Source of the DNA: a virus | Lineage: Duplodnaviria > Caudoviricetes | Direction: 5' to 3' (one strand) | IMG/VR virus record: IMGVR_UViG_3300027306_000005 | Coordinates: 1-60,445 of that record | DNA length: 60,445 bases | In this document: positions 1 to 9,240 of the stretch, piece after piece | Position numbering within the stretch: position 1 is the first letter of the stretch | Layout: every line of letters begins with the position of its first letter | The notes under the pieces: model-generated | What the model saw: only the letters and a program-made list of their open reading frames with translations | Database searches by the model: none | Told to the model about the DNA's origin: nothing | Program-made: the position numbers and the translations under genes

Positions 1-12
1 GGTGCGCTGAGC
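1..12. repeat. left cohesive end (cos) 12-mer GGTGCGCTGAGC
   Basis: Identical to the last 12 nt (60434-60445); resembles the 12-nt cos of phage Chi (GGTGCGCAGAAA, recalled); a lambda GpA-type terminase is present. Confidence 0.85.
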
Positions 13-51
13 CGCGACGCGCACAAATTTTTCTGAGTCCCCTAGGAGGTC

Positions 52-72
52 ATATATTCACTGAATACATCG
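52..72. promoter_or_regulatory. palindromic site ATATATTCACTGAATACATCG next to cos
   Basis: TATTCA-S-TGAATA palindrome also present at 10963-10981 and 55071-55091. Confidence 0.7.
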
Positions 73-409
73 ACCCCCATCCCCCTGATCCGTGCGACGG
101 CTCGACGCGGATCGCGAAGTCAGTTCCAGGCAACCCCGTTTGCCCGCACACGCGTGTAGGCGTGCTCACGCACACACGAGGTTTAACCTGAAATCTAGAA
201 CAGGAGCCCCGTCAGTGGGTCGAAGCGCCAGGGCTGTTTTAAATGATCTTGGCGAGCCTGCCCACCTCCACGTACCAAATTTCCACGGCGTGAGCTTTAA
301 AAGTGCTGTGGCAATTCCTAAATTGGTTTGGGCCGGGGTGAGAGATCGCCGTTTACACCGTTTGCTCGGCCAAGGCTCGTCGATGGTCGCTCTGTCCGGA
401 AAACCGGGC

Positions 410-523
410 TTGTCCCGTTGGTCCCGTAAACACCCCATTTTTACCCTTATGTGTAGGTATTGTTTGATGAACTTTCACGTAGCGCATAGTCAAAACAGGG
501 TATTTATGGGACCAACGGGACAA
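410..523. repeat. ~35-bp imperfect inverted repeat with GTCCC/GGGAC units; candidate replication origin
   Basis: TTGTCCCGTTGGTCCCGTAAACACCC (410-435) versus GGGTATTTATGGGACCAACGGGACAA (498-523), AT-rich spacer, just downstream of the primase-helicase. Confidence 0.55.
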
Positions 524-623
524 ACGTACGGGAAAACCCTTAAATTTTTCTTTACAATCGTCGGCGATCTTGGTCGTCGCAAAACCGATTTTTAGAGAAG
601 TTAGTTCTGAGCCTGAAATCAAG

Positions 624-650
624 AAACGAAAAAGCCGCCCGAAGGCGGCA
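624..650 (-). terminator. rho-independent terminator after the primase-helicase
   Basis: GCCGCC-TTCG-GGCGGC hairpin followed by a T-tract on the minus strand. Confidence 0.8.
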
Positions 651-664
651 TCTAAAGAACATTT

Positions 665-3160
665 TTAGAGTGATTCACACTCTTCACGCCTTTTCTTGAA
701 CCACTCACGGATCATCGCACCGGGGCTGTGTTCGAATCGCGAGGGGTCACGAACGTAGATGCGGCTGCGCTCATCCGAGCTAATTCGGACCCGCGCAAGC
801 AACTCGTAACCCTCTCGTTCCATCATGAAGCTGAGGGCCTTCTTCTGTGGGATCGCCGCGCCACGGGCCATCGCTGCTTCCATCAAGATGCTCAAGTCCA
901 CCACTTCGTAAGACACCTCCGGCACCTCGTTCTCGGCGATGATCTCGCTGAGGATCTGAATGAACTCAGGCTTGGAGCGGTCGATCATCTGGCGGCGGGC
1001 CTTCGTCTCAGGTGCGTCCCCCATCGGGTCGAACTCGTCGCTTTGCTCATGATCGAGAAGCCACGCCCGCAAAGCCCCGGCGCATTCGTCGATGCACTGG
1101 TAGAGCTTGGCGTAGTAGTCCCTGTTGGCCGACTTGAACGCCTTGATGTCATCCCTCTTCTGCCAGCGCGAGAAGAGGATGAGATAGCGCCGGTCTGTGT
1201 CATCGAGCGGCAGCGCGTCCTTGTAGTTGGTGAACAGCAGGTAGTTGGTCGTGTTGATGCAGTTGTAGACAGCCTTGCCCTTGGGGTGCACCTCGATCAC
1301 CGTGTTGGTGATGTAAGGCTTGATGCGGTTGATCACCTCGTACTTGTTCTTGTCGTTGATCAGGCGCACTTCCTCGACGCAGGCAACACACTGGCCAGCA
1401 CACCAGTCGGTGAAGTCGTTGTGCAGGATCTGTGCGTTGAGCATGGTCACGTTGCTCACGCCCATGATGGCCCGCAGCATCTCGGCGAAGAACGTCTTGC
1501 CGTCACCTTGAACACCTTGCAGCAGGATCGCGTAGTTCGCGTGCTTGCCGGGGTTCTGCACAACCCAGGACAGCCAGTCGAGCAGCATGCGTTGCTCACG
1601 CGGGTCTTCGAGAAGGTGTGCGATGTGCGCCCGCACACGCTCGATGGCTCGCTTGTCCTTGGGCAGCATTTTTTCGGGCCGTTCGGGGATCTCGTGCTCG
1701 GCGTAGGTGTTGGCGAACACGCCATCGGGCTCGTGGAAGATCGGGTCACGCCCAGGCATATAGCGCCTGCCGCCGACCGTGTGGATCTTGTAGATGTTCA
1801 ATGCCAGCGACGACGCGTTGGACGATGGCACCGTGCGACCCTCCAAGGCGTCCTTCTTGGTCAAGGCATTGCGGTCGTACATCGCGTTGAAGCCCTGCTG
1901 CGTCGTCGCGATCTTGTTGTCGGTGTTGAAGAAGCGGTCATCGCTGGTGTCGTACACCCAGCTTGCACACCACTTGGGCGTTTTCTCCTGCTTCTTGGGC
2001 GAGTAGGCCAGCGCCTTCTTGATCTCGACCAACGAGGTCTTGGTGCCGGTGATCGCGTCTCGCCTTTCCTTGGCAATCACGGCAAGGGCTGATCGCGACA
2101 AACCGTCGATCTCAGCTTCACGCACCAACTGCTGAGCCTTTGCCCAAGCACCAAGATCCTTGGCTTCGAGGAATGCGTCACGCAACTTGATGGTCAACTC
2201 GGCAGTCGTGTTCTCGACAGCTTCCTTGGCCAAGCGCAAGATGTATCGTGCGGTCAGTGGCGCCCGCTTTTTACCCTGGATGTTGAAGTCTTTCCAGCGA
2301 CGATCCAGCGCATCACCGTCGTAGTTGTCGGCGGTCTCAGACCACTCGTGCCACAACTCACGACCTTCGTCTTCGCCGTCGAACTGGTGGAAGAGGGCCA
2401 TGCCCACCTGCACCCAAGTCTCATAATCCTCGGCACCGTGCACGAGCAGCAGACGTGAGCGCAGTTCATCAACCGTGATGTCGATGGCGTCGGTGTCTTC
2501 AAGCCAGGGGTTGTCGGAAATCTTCGCAGAGCCGCTCATCGCGCTGCGAGCCTTCTTGGCCACTGTCCAGCCCTCTTCTTCGGCCAGTTCGTCGAAGTAG
2601 GCGATGAACTCTGCTGCCTTCTCAGGGGTCAGCACCGGCAGCGTGTGCGCCTGGGTCTCCAGCGGACCGTCGAAGTTCGGCCAGAAGTACGGCTTCTTCG
2701 TCTCAGGGTGGATGTGGTAGGCGACGAACTGCTGGCCGTCCCCCAACACCTCGATCTTGTGCTCCTGGCCCCATTCATCGACGTACTTCGACGACGTGAT
2801 CTTGCGGAAGGGCTCATCGCACCGGAACATGAACAGACGCTTAGGCGCCTTGCCGATGCGCACGGGCGCTTCGTCGCTCAGGTTCGTCTCGATCCAAGCC
2901 GACAGCTTCTTGACCACGTCGTCATCAAGCACGTCGATGTCTATGGCCGGCGTGTGCTTGGTGATGATGCCAACGCCTGAGTTCTTGTGCCCGTATTCGA
3001 GCCACTCGTTGAGTTGAGCCTTGGTCGAGCGAGACTTCTGCCAGCCGTCGAAACCTGGGGCCTTTTTGCCTCGTTGGATAGGGACGATGCTGTAGCCGTT
3101 GTCGATCAGTGTCTCGCCATGCTGAGCGAGGTAATCGCCGGGGTTGTTGAACTCACTCAT
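665..3160 (-). CDS. DNA primase-polymerase / PriCT-2 / SF3 (D5-like) helicase
   Basis: N-terminal prim-pol motifs (PIQRGKKAP, AIDIDV), PriCT-2-like YETWVQVGMAL..WHEWS, Walker A GVQGDGKT, Walker B CVEE. Confidence 0.9.
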   Translation of the reverse strand: MSEFNNPGDYLAQHGETLIDNGYSIVPIQRGKKAPGFDGWQKSRSTKAQLNEWLEYGHKNSGVGIITKHTPAIDIDVLDDDVVKKLSAWIETNLSDEAPVRIGKAPKRLFMFRCDEPFRKITSSKYVDEWGQEHKIEVLGDGQQFVAYHIHPETKKPYFWPNFDGPLETQAHTLPVLTPEKAAEFIAYFDELAEEEGWTVAKKARSAMSGSAKISDNPWLEDTDAIDITVDELRSRLLLVHGAEDYETWVQVGMALFHQFDGEDEGRELWHEWSETADNYDGDALDRRWKDFNIQGKKRAPLTARYILRLAKEAVENTTAELTIKLRDAFLEAKDLGAWAKAQQLVREAEIDGLSRSALAVIAKERRDAITGTKTSLVEIKKALAYSPKKQEKTPKWCASWVYDTSDDRFFNTDNKIATTQQGFNAMYDRNALTKKDALEGRTVPSSNASSLALNIYKIHTVGGRRYMPGRDPIFHEPDGVFANTYAEHEIPERPEKMLPKDKRAIERVRAHIAHLLEDPREQRMLLDWLSWVVQNPGKHANYAILLQGVQGDGKTFFAEMLRAIMGVSNVTMLNAQILHNDFTDWCAGQCVACVEEVRLINDKNKYEVINRIKPYITNTVIEVHPKGKAVYNCINTTNYLLFTNYKDALPLDDTDRRYLILFSRWQKRDDIKAFKSANRDYYAKLYQCIDECAGALRAWLLDHEQSDEFDPMGDAPETKARRQMIDRSKPEFIQILSEIIAENEVPEVSYEVVDLSILMEAAMARGAAIPQKKALSFMMEREGYELLARVRISSDERSRIYVRDPSRFEHSPGAMIREWFKKRREECESL

Positions 3161-3444
3161 GCGCTGGCCTTGATCTTCAAAGGTTCAATCAGGTACTCGG
3201 ACTTCACGATGGAGCGGCCAACTGCGTCCTCGATGGCCTTAGCCATGCTCTCCGTGAAGTAGCCCCGGCGAATGGCAAAGGACAGCGACGAGTGATCCAT
3301 TTCGATCTGCTCGCAAAGACCTCGTACACTCTGCCTTCCCGTGGCTTCGATTGCAGCTCTGTTGATCAAGTAGCGCAGGCGTGCCGACGCACGCTGCTCT
3401 TCGTCTTTGTGGGCGTCTACCCATTTGGGGAATCGCACAGTCAT
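3157..3444 (-). CDS. Cro/CI-like HTH regulator
   Basis: SVRGLCEQIEMDHSSLSFAIRRG helix-turn-helix; ATGA overlap with the primase; start placed at the ATG at 3444. Confidence 0.65.
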   Translation of the reverse strand: MTVRFPKWVDAHKDEEQRASARLRYLINRAAIEATGRQSVRGLCEQIEMDHSSLSFAIRRGYFTESMAKAIEDAVGRSIVKSEYLIEPLKIKASA

Positions 3445-3494
3445 AGGATCTCCTGTGTTGTTGCGAAAAAGTGTACGCGAACTTGTTGACAGTC

Positions 3495-3510
3495 TCAACC
3501 AAATGTGGAA
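3495..3510 (-). promoter_or_regulatory. 16-bp repeated motif TTCCACATTTGGTTGA (copy 1)
   Basis: Exact copies at 45653-45668 and 53031-53046; lies in the divergent intergenic region next to TTGACA (3486-3491). Confidence 0.7.
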
Positions 3511-3576
3511 AAGTACACCTCACTCGATCATCGAGTCGAAACCGCGAAATCGTTGAACCCGTTCTAGGAGAACACC

Positions 3577-4101
3577 ATGAGCACCACCATTGGCGCCAAC
3601 GCCAACATCCCCTTCGACTTCATCGCAAGCGTTCGCCGCTTCATGGAGATCAGCGGTCAGTACAAAGGTCATGGTGACCTGAAGACCTACGGCTTCTACA
3701 CCGGCATGCAGCTTGAAGAGCTTGCCGAGAAGATGGAACTCATCGCTGCCGGTGAGCCCAACCACTCGGATCGCATGCACTTGACCGAACTGGTGACGCT
3801 GATGAAGCTGTTCGCCACGCGCTTCAAGGGTGGCATGCACCTCGGTGCCATTGGCCTCGCGGATCTGCCCGAGATGCTCGACGGCGACATCGACCTCGGT
3901 TGGGTCTCGGTTGGCGCAGCCCACTTCGCCACCATCGGCCCGAAGGCGACCGAATGGTCCTTCGAGCACGTTGCTCAGCGCAACCTCGCGAAGTTCCCCA
4001 ACGGTGTCGTGCTGCGCGATGACAACGGCAAGGTCATGAAGCCTGAAGGCTGGACCCCGCCCGATCACACCCCCTACGTCACGTCGTTCCGCGCCGACTG
4101 A
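3577..4101 (+). CDS. MazG-like nucleoside triphosphate pyrophosphohydrolase
   Basis: EELAE...D..D acidic motifs and C-terminal NLAK...RDDNGKVMKPEGW typical of phage all-alpha NTP-PPases. Confidence 0.8.
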   Translation: MSTTIGANANIPFDFIASVRRFMEISGQYKGHGDLKTYGFYTGMQLEELAEKMELIAAGEPNHSDRMHLTELVTLMKLFATRFKGGMHLGAIGLADLPEMLDGDIDLGWVSVGAAHFATIGPKATEWSFEHVAQRNLAKFPNGVVLRDDNGKVMKPEGWTPPDHTPYVTSFRAD

Positions 4102-4179
4102 CGCTCCCTTTCGTTTCCACATCCTGTGCTGCTGCCCACAGCACGGGCTTTCATCATCCATGGGCAAAAGGAAAACATC

Positions 4180-4539
4180 ATGAGCATCACCGTCTCGAAG
4201 ACCTTCGAAACCGAATCCGAAGCGATCGCATGGCTGAACGGCGGCAGCGCCGACACCTCGGTCTCCACCGGCAAGACCGGCAAGGCTGAAACCAGCAAAC
4301 CTGCCGCCAAGACCACCAGCAAGCCCAAGGTGACCCAGGAGCAGGTGCAAGCTGCCCTGACCAAGGTCAAGGACACCCTGGGTGTGCCCGCAGCCAAAGG
4401 CATCATCAACGAAACCGGCGGCGTCAAGAAGATGGACGACATCCCGGAGGACAAGTACGCCGCTGTGATCAAGGCTTGCGAAGAAAAGCTGACCGAAGCC
4501 GAAGCCGAAACCGAGAACGCCGAAGACGACGGCATCTGA
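4180..4539 (+). CDS. conserved small protein preceding the DUF2800 nuclease
   Basis: AAGGA RBS; K/T-rich linker plus helical domain (GVPAAKGII..GG.KKMDDIPEDKY); usual position in this operon type. Confidence 0.75.
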   Translation: MSITVSKTFETESEAIAWLNGGSADTSVSTGKTGKAETSKPAAKTTSKPKVTQEQVQAALTKVKDTLGVPAAKGIINETGGVKKMDDIPEDKYAAVIKACEEKLTEAEAETENAEDDGI

Positions 4540-4558
4540 CCCTGGCCGGTGGGCAGCA

Positions 4559-5869
4559 ATGAGTGAACATCGCATTGACCTGAAGCAGCTTGAAAGCATC
4601 CGTGATGGATCGGGCCACTCGATCTTCGGAGCTTCAGGTTCGGCGATGTTCCTCAACTGTGCCTACTCTTTGATCCCCAACCTCCTGGCACCCGACGACG
4701 CGGGCGAGGACGCTGCATACGGCACCGTGGCTCACGCCATGGGCGAGTTGTGGCGCAAGACCGGCCGCAAGCCGGTTGAGTTCCTCGGCAAGCGCAAGTT
4801 CGTGGAGTCTGGAGAGTGGGGGTTCTTCATCGAGATCGACGAAACGATGCTCGACTATGTGCAGCAGTCCGTCGATTGGTCTGCACTTCTCCCTGGAGAT
4901 CACATAGTCGAGGTTCGTGTTGATTATTCCGACCTCACACCAATCAGGAACCAAGGTGGCACCCTGGACTTCGGCGCGATGATGCTGCACCGTGCTTACG
5001 TGCAGGACGAGAAGTACGGCAAGAACGAAGAAATCCTGGCCGAAGAGAACACCCAACTCATGCTCTATGCCTATGGCATGTACCGAGAGTGGGACTGGCT
5101 GTATGGCTTCAAGGAGTTCGTCATTCGCATCTCGCAGCCGCGCCTTGGTCACTTCGACGAGTGGGTGTGTAGCCGTTCACGCCTGTTGGAGTTCGCGGCA
5201 TGGGCCAAAGAGCGTATGCATCTGGCATGGAGTCACGATGCACGCCCCACCCCAGGTCACAAGCAGTGCAAGTGGTGCAAGGTCAAGTCGTCATGCGCTG
5301 CTGCCGCGAAGATGGAGAACGACCTTGTTACCGAGGCGTTCGCCAGCATTCGCGAGTACGACGAAGAAGACATTGCGCAGTTCAAGGAGACATTGGACGC
5401 CGGCCTTCTGGGTCGACCGCTCAGCGTGATGACACTGACCCTGGAACAGATGGTTGCTCTGAAGCAGTATCAGCGTTTCAGTGAGTCGTTCTGGAAATCA
5501 CTAGACAAGGAACTGATGCGACGTGCAATCACCATGCGGGAGAAGATCCCCGGCATGAAGTTGGTTCACGGACGCTCGTTTCGCACCTTTAAGAACAGGA
5601 ATGTTGCGATCAAGACGCTTACCAGCCTTGGTTGCGACATCAAAGATGTTGTGGTTGAAACCTTGGTCAGTCCTGCTGAAGCGGAGAACTTGCTTCGCAA
5701 AGCTGGCCACCGGCACAAGGATTTGCCCCAACTGCTTGGCCCGCTGGTTGAGAAACCTCCTGGCAAGCCCACCCTCGTTCCGCTGAGTGATCGGCGTGAC
5801 GAGATCAAAGATGTCACCGATGGCGCATTTGTCGCCTTTGACGATGACGAAACCGAAGAAACCGATTGA
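4559..5869 (+). CDS. DUF2800 / Cas4-like PD-(D/E)xK exonuclease
   Basis: HS..GASG, GTVAH, GTLD, DEKYG, QLMLYA and CKWC motifs. Confidence 0.85.
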   Translation: MSEHRIDLKQLESIRDGSGHSIFGASGSAMFLNCAYSLIPNLLAPDDAGEDAAYGTVAHAMGELWRKTGRKPVEFLGKRKFVESGEWGFFIEIDETMLDYVQQSVDWSALLPGDHIVEVRVDYSDLTPIRNQGGTLDFGAMMLHRAYVQDEKYGKNEEILAEENTQLMLYAYGMYREWDWLYGFKEFVIRISQPRLGHFDEWVCSRSRLLEFAAWAKERMHLAWSHDARPTPGHKQCKWCKVKSSCAAAAKMENDLVTEAFASIREYDEEDIAQFKETLDAGLLGRPLSVMTLTLEQMVALKQYQRFSESFWKSLDKELMRRAITMREKIPGMKLVHGRSFRTFKNRNVAIKTLTSLGCDIKDVVVETLVSPAEAENLLRKAGHRHKDLPQLLGPLVEKPPGKPTLVPLSDRRDEIKDVTDGAFVAFDDDETEETD

Positions 5870-5879
5870 AAGGTAGATC

Positions 5880-6527
5880 ATGAGCCAACTGACCGTTGTC
5901 AAGGAATACAAGAACGGCGCGATGATGAAGGACGCGAAGGGGGAGGTGTACTTCCGCGTCGACAAGATTCGCGCTTCCTACCCCTTCGTGGGCACCCCGT
6001 CGAAAGACGAGGGCGAGGATGGCAGCGAGCGCAGCAACTGGCGCATCGTCGGCATGCTGCCCAAGGCCACGCACACCGAGATCAAGGACGCCATGAAGCA
6101 GCACATCTTGCAGCTTCAGAAGGACAACGATGCTAAGGTGCCGGCTGACAAGTGGTATCTGAAGAACGGCGACGACTCGGAAGACGAAGCCATGCATGGC
6201 CACTTCTTGCTCAGTGCTGCCGACTCGAAGAAACGGCCCAAGGTGCGTGACCGCAAGGGTCAGGTCATGGACGACATCCAGAAGATCGATGACACCTTCT
6301 ACGGTGGCTGCTGGGTGAGCCTGCTGATCCGCCCCTGGTTCTTCAACGGCACCGCCCGCAGTTCGACGAAGAAGTTCCCCAAGCGTGTCTCGGCGAACCT
6401 CGTCGGCGTCATGTTCTACAAGGACGACACGCCGTTCGGCTCCGGCCGCATCGATGACGATGGCGCCTGGGGCGACACCGCGAGCGACGAAGACGACGGC
6501 ATGGACGACGGCGACGACGGCCTTTGA
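5880..6527 (+). CDS. DUF2815-type single-stranded DNA-binding protein
   Basis: RASYP, LKNGD, FYGGCW, D.PFG motifs, acidic tail, position between nuclease and polymerase. Confidence 0.85.
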   Translation: MSQLTVVKEYKNGAMMKDAKGEVYFRVDKIRASYPFVGTPSKDEGEDGSERSNWRIVGMLPKATHTEIKDAMKQHILQLQKDNDAKVPADKWYLKNGDDSEDEAMHGHFLLSAADSKKRPKVRDRKGQVMDDIQKIDDTFYGGCWVSLLIRPWFFNGTARSSTKKFPKRVSANLVGVMFYKDDTPFGSGRIDDDGAWGDTASDEDDGMDDGDDGL

Positions 6528-6585
6528 TTCCCCGCAGGCTCCACATCCCGTGGGGCCTTCAACAACTGCTCAACAGGAGAAAACC

Positions 6586-6783
6586 ATGAGCGTGCAACAA
6601 GCGTCCCTCGCCAAAGAGGGCAAGAAAGTCGAGATCACCCGCCGCAACGGTCAGGTCGCCAAGGGCACCGTGGCCAGTGTTGAAGAGACCGGCAAGGGCA
6701 CCTGGGTCGGCGTGAACATCGGCGACAAGAAGCTGCCGAACATCGTCAAGGTCCGCGCTTCGCAACTGCGCAAGCCGTCCTGA
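6586..6783 (+). CDS. small basic hypothetical protein (SH3/KOW-like)
   Basis: CAGGAG RBS before ATG 6586; 65 aa beta-rich; followed by a hairpin. Confidence 0.7.
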   Translation: MSVQQASLAKEGKKVEITRRNGQVAKGTVASVEETGKGTWVGVNIGDKKLPNIVKVRASQLRKPS

Positions 6784-6789
6784 TCGAAA

Positions 6790-6816
6790 CGAGCCCTGCG
6801 GGGCTCGGGCCTTTTG
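6790..6816 (+). terminator. probable terminator
   Basis: CGAGCCC-TGCG-GGGCTCG hairpin followed by GGCCTTTT. Confidence 0.55.
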
Positions 6817-6844
6817 CAGAGACACGTAAGCGTGGCTGCGCAAA

Positions 6845-8950
6845 ATGCCCAAACGTTACGCCATCAAACGCAAGGAAGCGTCCTTCGACTTGGAGGTCTT
6901 CCGAAACTACTTCGCGGTCGCTTTCAAGTGCATCGAAACGCGCCGCTGGAAGCGGTTTGAGTTGTTCCCTGGGGGAACGCTCGACCGCGCCGGGATCGCA
7001 AAGATTCTGCGCAACTTCCGTATCTACGGGTTCAACAGCATCAGCTTTGACATGCCGATCCTGATGGCCGCAATGGACGGCTTCAGTTGCTCTGAGTTGA
7101 AGAACCTGTGCGACACGATCATCCAAGAGCGGCTGATTTACTTCAAGACCTACGAGCAGTTTGGTATCAATAAGCCACCTGTCTTCGTCGACCACATCGA
7201 CTTGATGAACGTTTCCCCAGGTTCGCCCAACAACAACCTGAGCGGGAAGGGGAGCGGCGAGTGGCCGAGCCTCAAGCTCTACGGTGGCCGGCTGCACACA
7301 CGCAAGATCCAAGAGATGCCCGTGGACTTCACGCGCAACCTCACTGCGCAAGAGATCGAAGAAGTTCGGACGTACCACATCAACGATCTCGATGTGACCA
7401 TCGACATGGTGTCGGACTTGCGCACGCAGATCGATCTTCGTGCAGTGATGTCGGATGAGTACGGCATCGATCTTCGCTCGCGTTCTGACGCTCAGATCGC
7501 CGAGGCAGTCATCCGCGTTGAGGTCGAGCGGCAAAGCGGGAACAAGGTTCCAAAGCCGCAGATCACACCGGGGAAGTTCCGCTATACGCCCCCGTCGTTC
7601 ATCAAGTTCCAGACTCCCGTATTGCAGGAGTTGTTTGACACCGTTTGCAGTGCGAGGTTCACCATTGGCCATGACGGCAAAGTCTACGAGCCACCCGAGA
7701 TCAAGTCCAAGAAGATCACCCTGGACATCCAGACTTACACGTTCGGCATCGGCGGTTTGCATTCCACCGAGAAGCGGGTCTGCTACGTCGATGACGGCAC
7801 CTTCTCGCTTCGTGACCGTGACGTGACGAGCTACTACCCGCGCACGATCCTGAACACCGGCCTGTTTCCCAAACAGCTTGGAATTTACTTCCCGAAGGTG
7901 TACGAGGGCATTCTCGTTCGTCGGGTCACTGCGAAAGACGCAGGAGACAAGAACACCGCAGAGACACTGAAGATCGTTTTGAACGGCACTTTCGGGAAGC
8001 TGGGTCAAGGCACGTCGATCCTCTACGCGCCCAACCTGCTCATCCAGACCACCGTCACAGGTCAGCTTGCGATCTTCATGCTGATCGAGCGCCTCGTGCT
8101 TGCCGGCATCACGGTGATCTCGGCCAACACCGACGGCATCGTCAGCAAGGTTCCCAAGAACCTCGAAGATCGGTTCTTCTGGATCTGCCACGATTGGGAG
8201 GTCGACACCGGCTACGGCACGGAGGAAGTTCGATACAAGGCCCTCTACTCTCGCGACGTCAACAACTACATCGCGCTGTACGAAGAGAAGGACAAGGCCA
8301 CAGGTCAGGTCAAGATCAAGGCCAAGCGCAAGGGAGCCTACGGTGAACGCGGCCCCGGGCTCTCTGGCGCCGCTGGTCAGAAACACAACCCTGATGCGGA
8401 AATCTGCTCCATCGCGGTCATCGAGTACCTCAAGAACGGCACTCCCATCGAGACCACGATTGAGGACTGTGAAGACTTTCGCAAGTTCGTCATCGTGCGT
8501 CGCGTGGCCGGTGGTGCTGTGCTGCGCGGCGAGTTCATCGGCAAGGTTGTCCGGTGGTATCAAAGCACAGAGTCGGATGAGCCTTTGCGGTACGAGAAGA
8601 ACGGCAACAAGGTTCCATCGTCAGAAGGTGCAAAACCGGCGATGGTTCTCCCGGACGAGTTCCCCGATGACATCGACTACGAATGGTACGTGCGCGAGGC
8701 ATACGCGATCCTCTCTGACATCGGTGCCGGTGAAGGTGACCCGAACTTGGCCGGTCGCGCAGGCGTGATGTTTGGTCGGGCTCCCGATCAGAAGACGATC
8801 CACCGTGTGAAGCTGCCCGATGGCACAGCAATGTGCGGCAAGGAGCTTGCAAACTTCCGTGATCGTTGGGTGGAGTATCCGGACGGCGTGCCGATGGGCA
8901 TGCGTCTTTGCTCGAAGTGCGTCAAGTGCGTTGACGAGGATGATCTGTGA
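6845..8950 (+). CDS. family B DNA polymerase with 3'-5' exonuclease and C-terminal Zn-finger-like extension
   Basis: ExoI FDLE, ExoII NSISFD, ExoIII YHIND; polB motifs DVTSYYP, KIVLNGTFGK, SANTDG. Confidence 0.88.
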   Translation: MPKRYAIKRKEASFDLEVFRNYFAVAFKCIETRRWKRFELFPGGTLDRAGIAKILRNFRIYGFNSISFDMPILMAAMDGFSCSELKNLCDTIIQERLIYFKTYEQFGINKPPVFVDHIDLMNVSPGSPNNNLSGKGSGEWPSLKLYGGRLHTRKIQEMPVDFTRNLTAQEIEEVRTYHINDLDVTIDMVSDLRTQIDLRAVMSDEYGIDLRSRSDAQIAEAVIRVEVERQSGNKVPKPQITPGKFRYTPPSFIKFQTPVLQELFDTVCSARFTIGHDGKVYEPPEIKSKKITLDIQTYTFGIGGLHSTEKRVCYVDDGTFSLRDRDVTSYYPRTILNTGLFPKQLGIYFPKVYEGILVRRVTAKDAGDKNTAETLKIVLNGTFGKLGQGTSILYAPNLLIQTTVTGQLAIFMLIERLVLAGITVISANTDGIVSKVPKNLEDRFFWICHDWEVDTGYGTEEVRYKALYSRDVNNYIALYEEKDKATGQVKIKAKRKGAYGERGPGLSGAAGQKHNPDAEICSIAVIEYLKNGTPIETTIEDCEDFRKFVIVRRVAGGAVLRGEFIGKVVRWYQSTESDEPLRYEKNGNKVPSSEGAKPAMVLPDEFPDDIDYEWYVREAYAILSDIGAGEGDPNLAGRAGVMFGRAPDQKTIHRVKLPDGTAMCGKELANFRDRWVEYPDGVPMGMRLCSKCVKCVDEDDL

Positions 8951-9240
8951 TGGGCAGTTTCTTTGAGCGCACGAGTCGTGAGCGAGCCGACGTGGAAGCG
9001 CCGGCAATCAAGTTTGCGCAACGCCGTGGTTGGTGGCACACCAAGATCACCTCTCCAACGCGAGACTCTCTTCCCGATGACTTGTTTGTGCGCAATGGCG
9101 TCTACATCTGGTGGGAGTTCAAGGCCCCAGGTGAAGAGCCCACATCAAAGCAACGTCTTCGGCACCGGCAGATGTGCGAACGCGGCATGGACGTGAGGTG
9201 GACGGACAACCTCGAAGACTTCAAGAGGCAGATGCAATGA
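8950..9240 (+). CDS. VRR-NUC domain nuclease
   Basis: E..VE, PD.LF, EFKAPG..PT..Q motifs; TGATG coupling to the polymerase. Confidence 0.85.
   Translation: MGSFFERTSRERADVEAPAIKFAQRRGWWHTKITSPTRDSLPDDLFVRNGVYIWWEFKAPGEEPTSKQRLRHRQMCERGMDVRWTDNLEDFKRQMQ

Noticed and set aside
92-622. ORFs in the left terminal region
   Set aside because: No RBS or recognisable protein features; the region is dominated by inverted repeats and looks non-coding.
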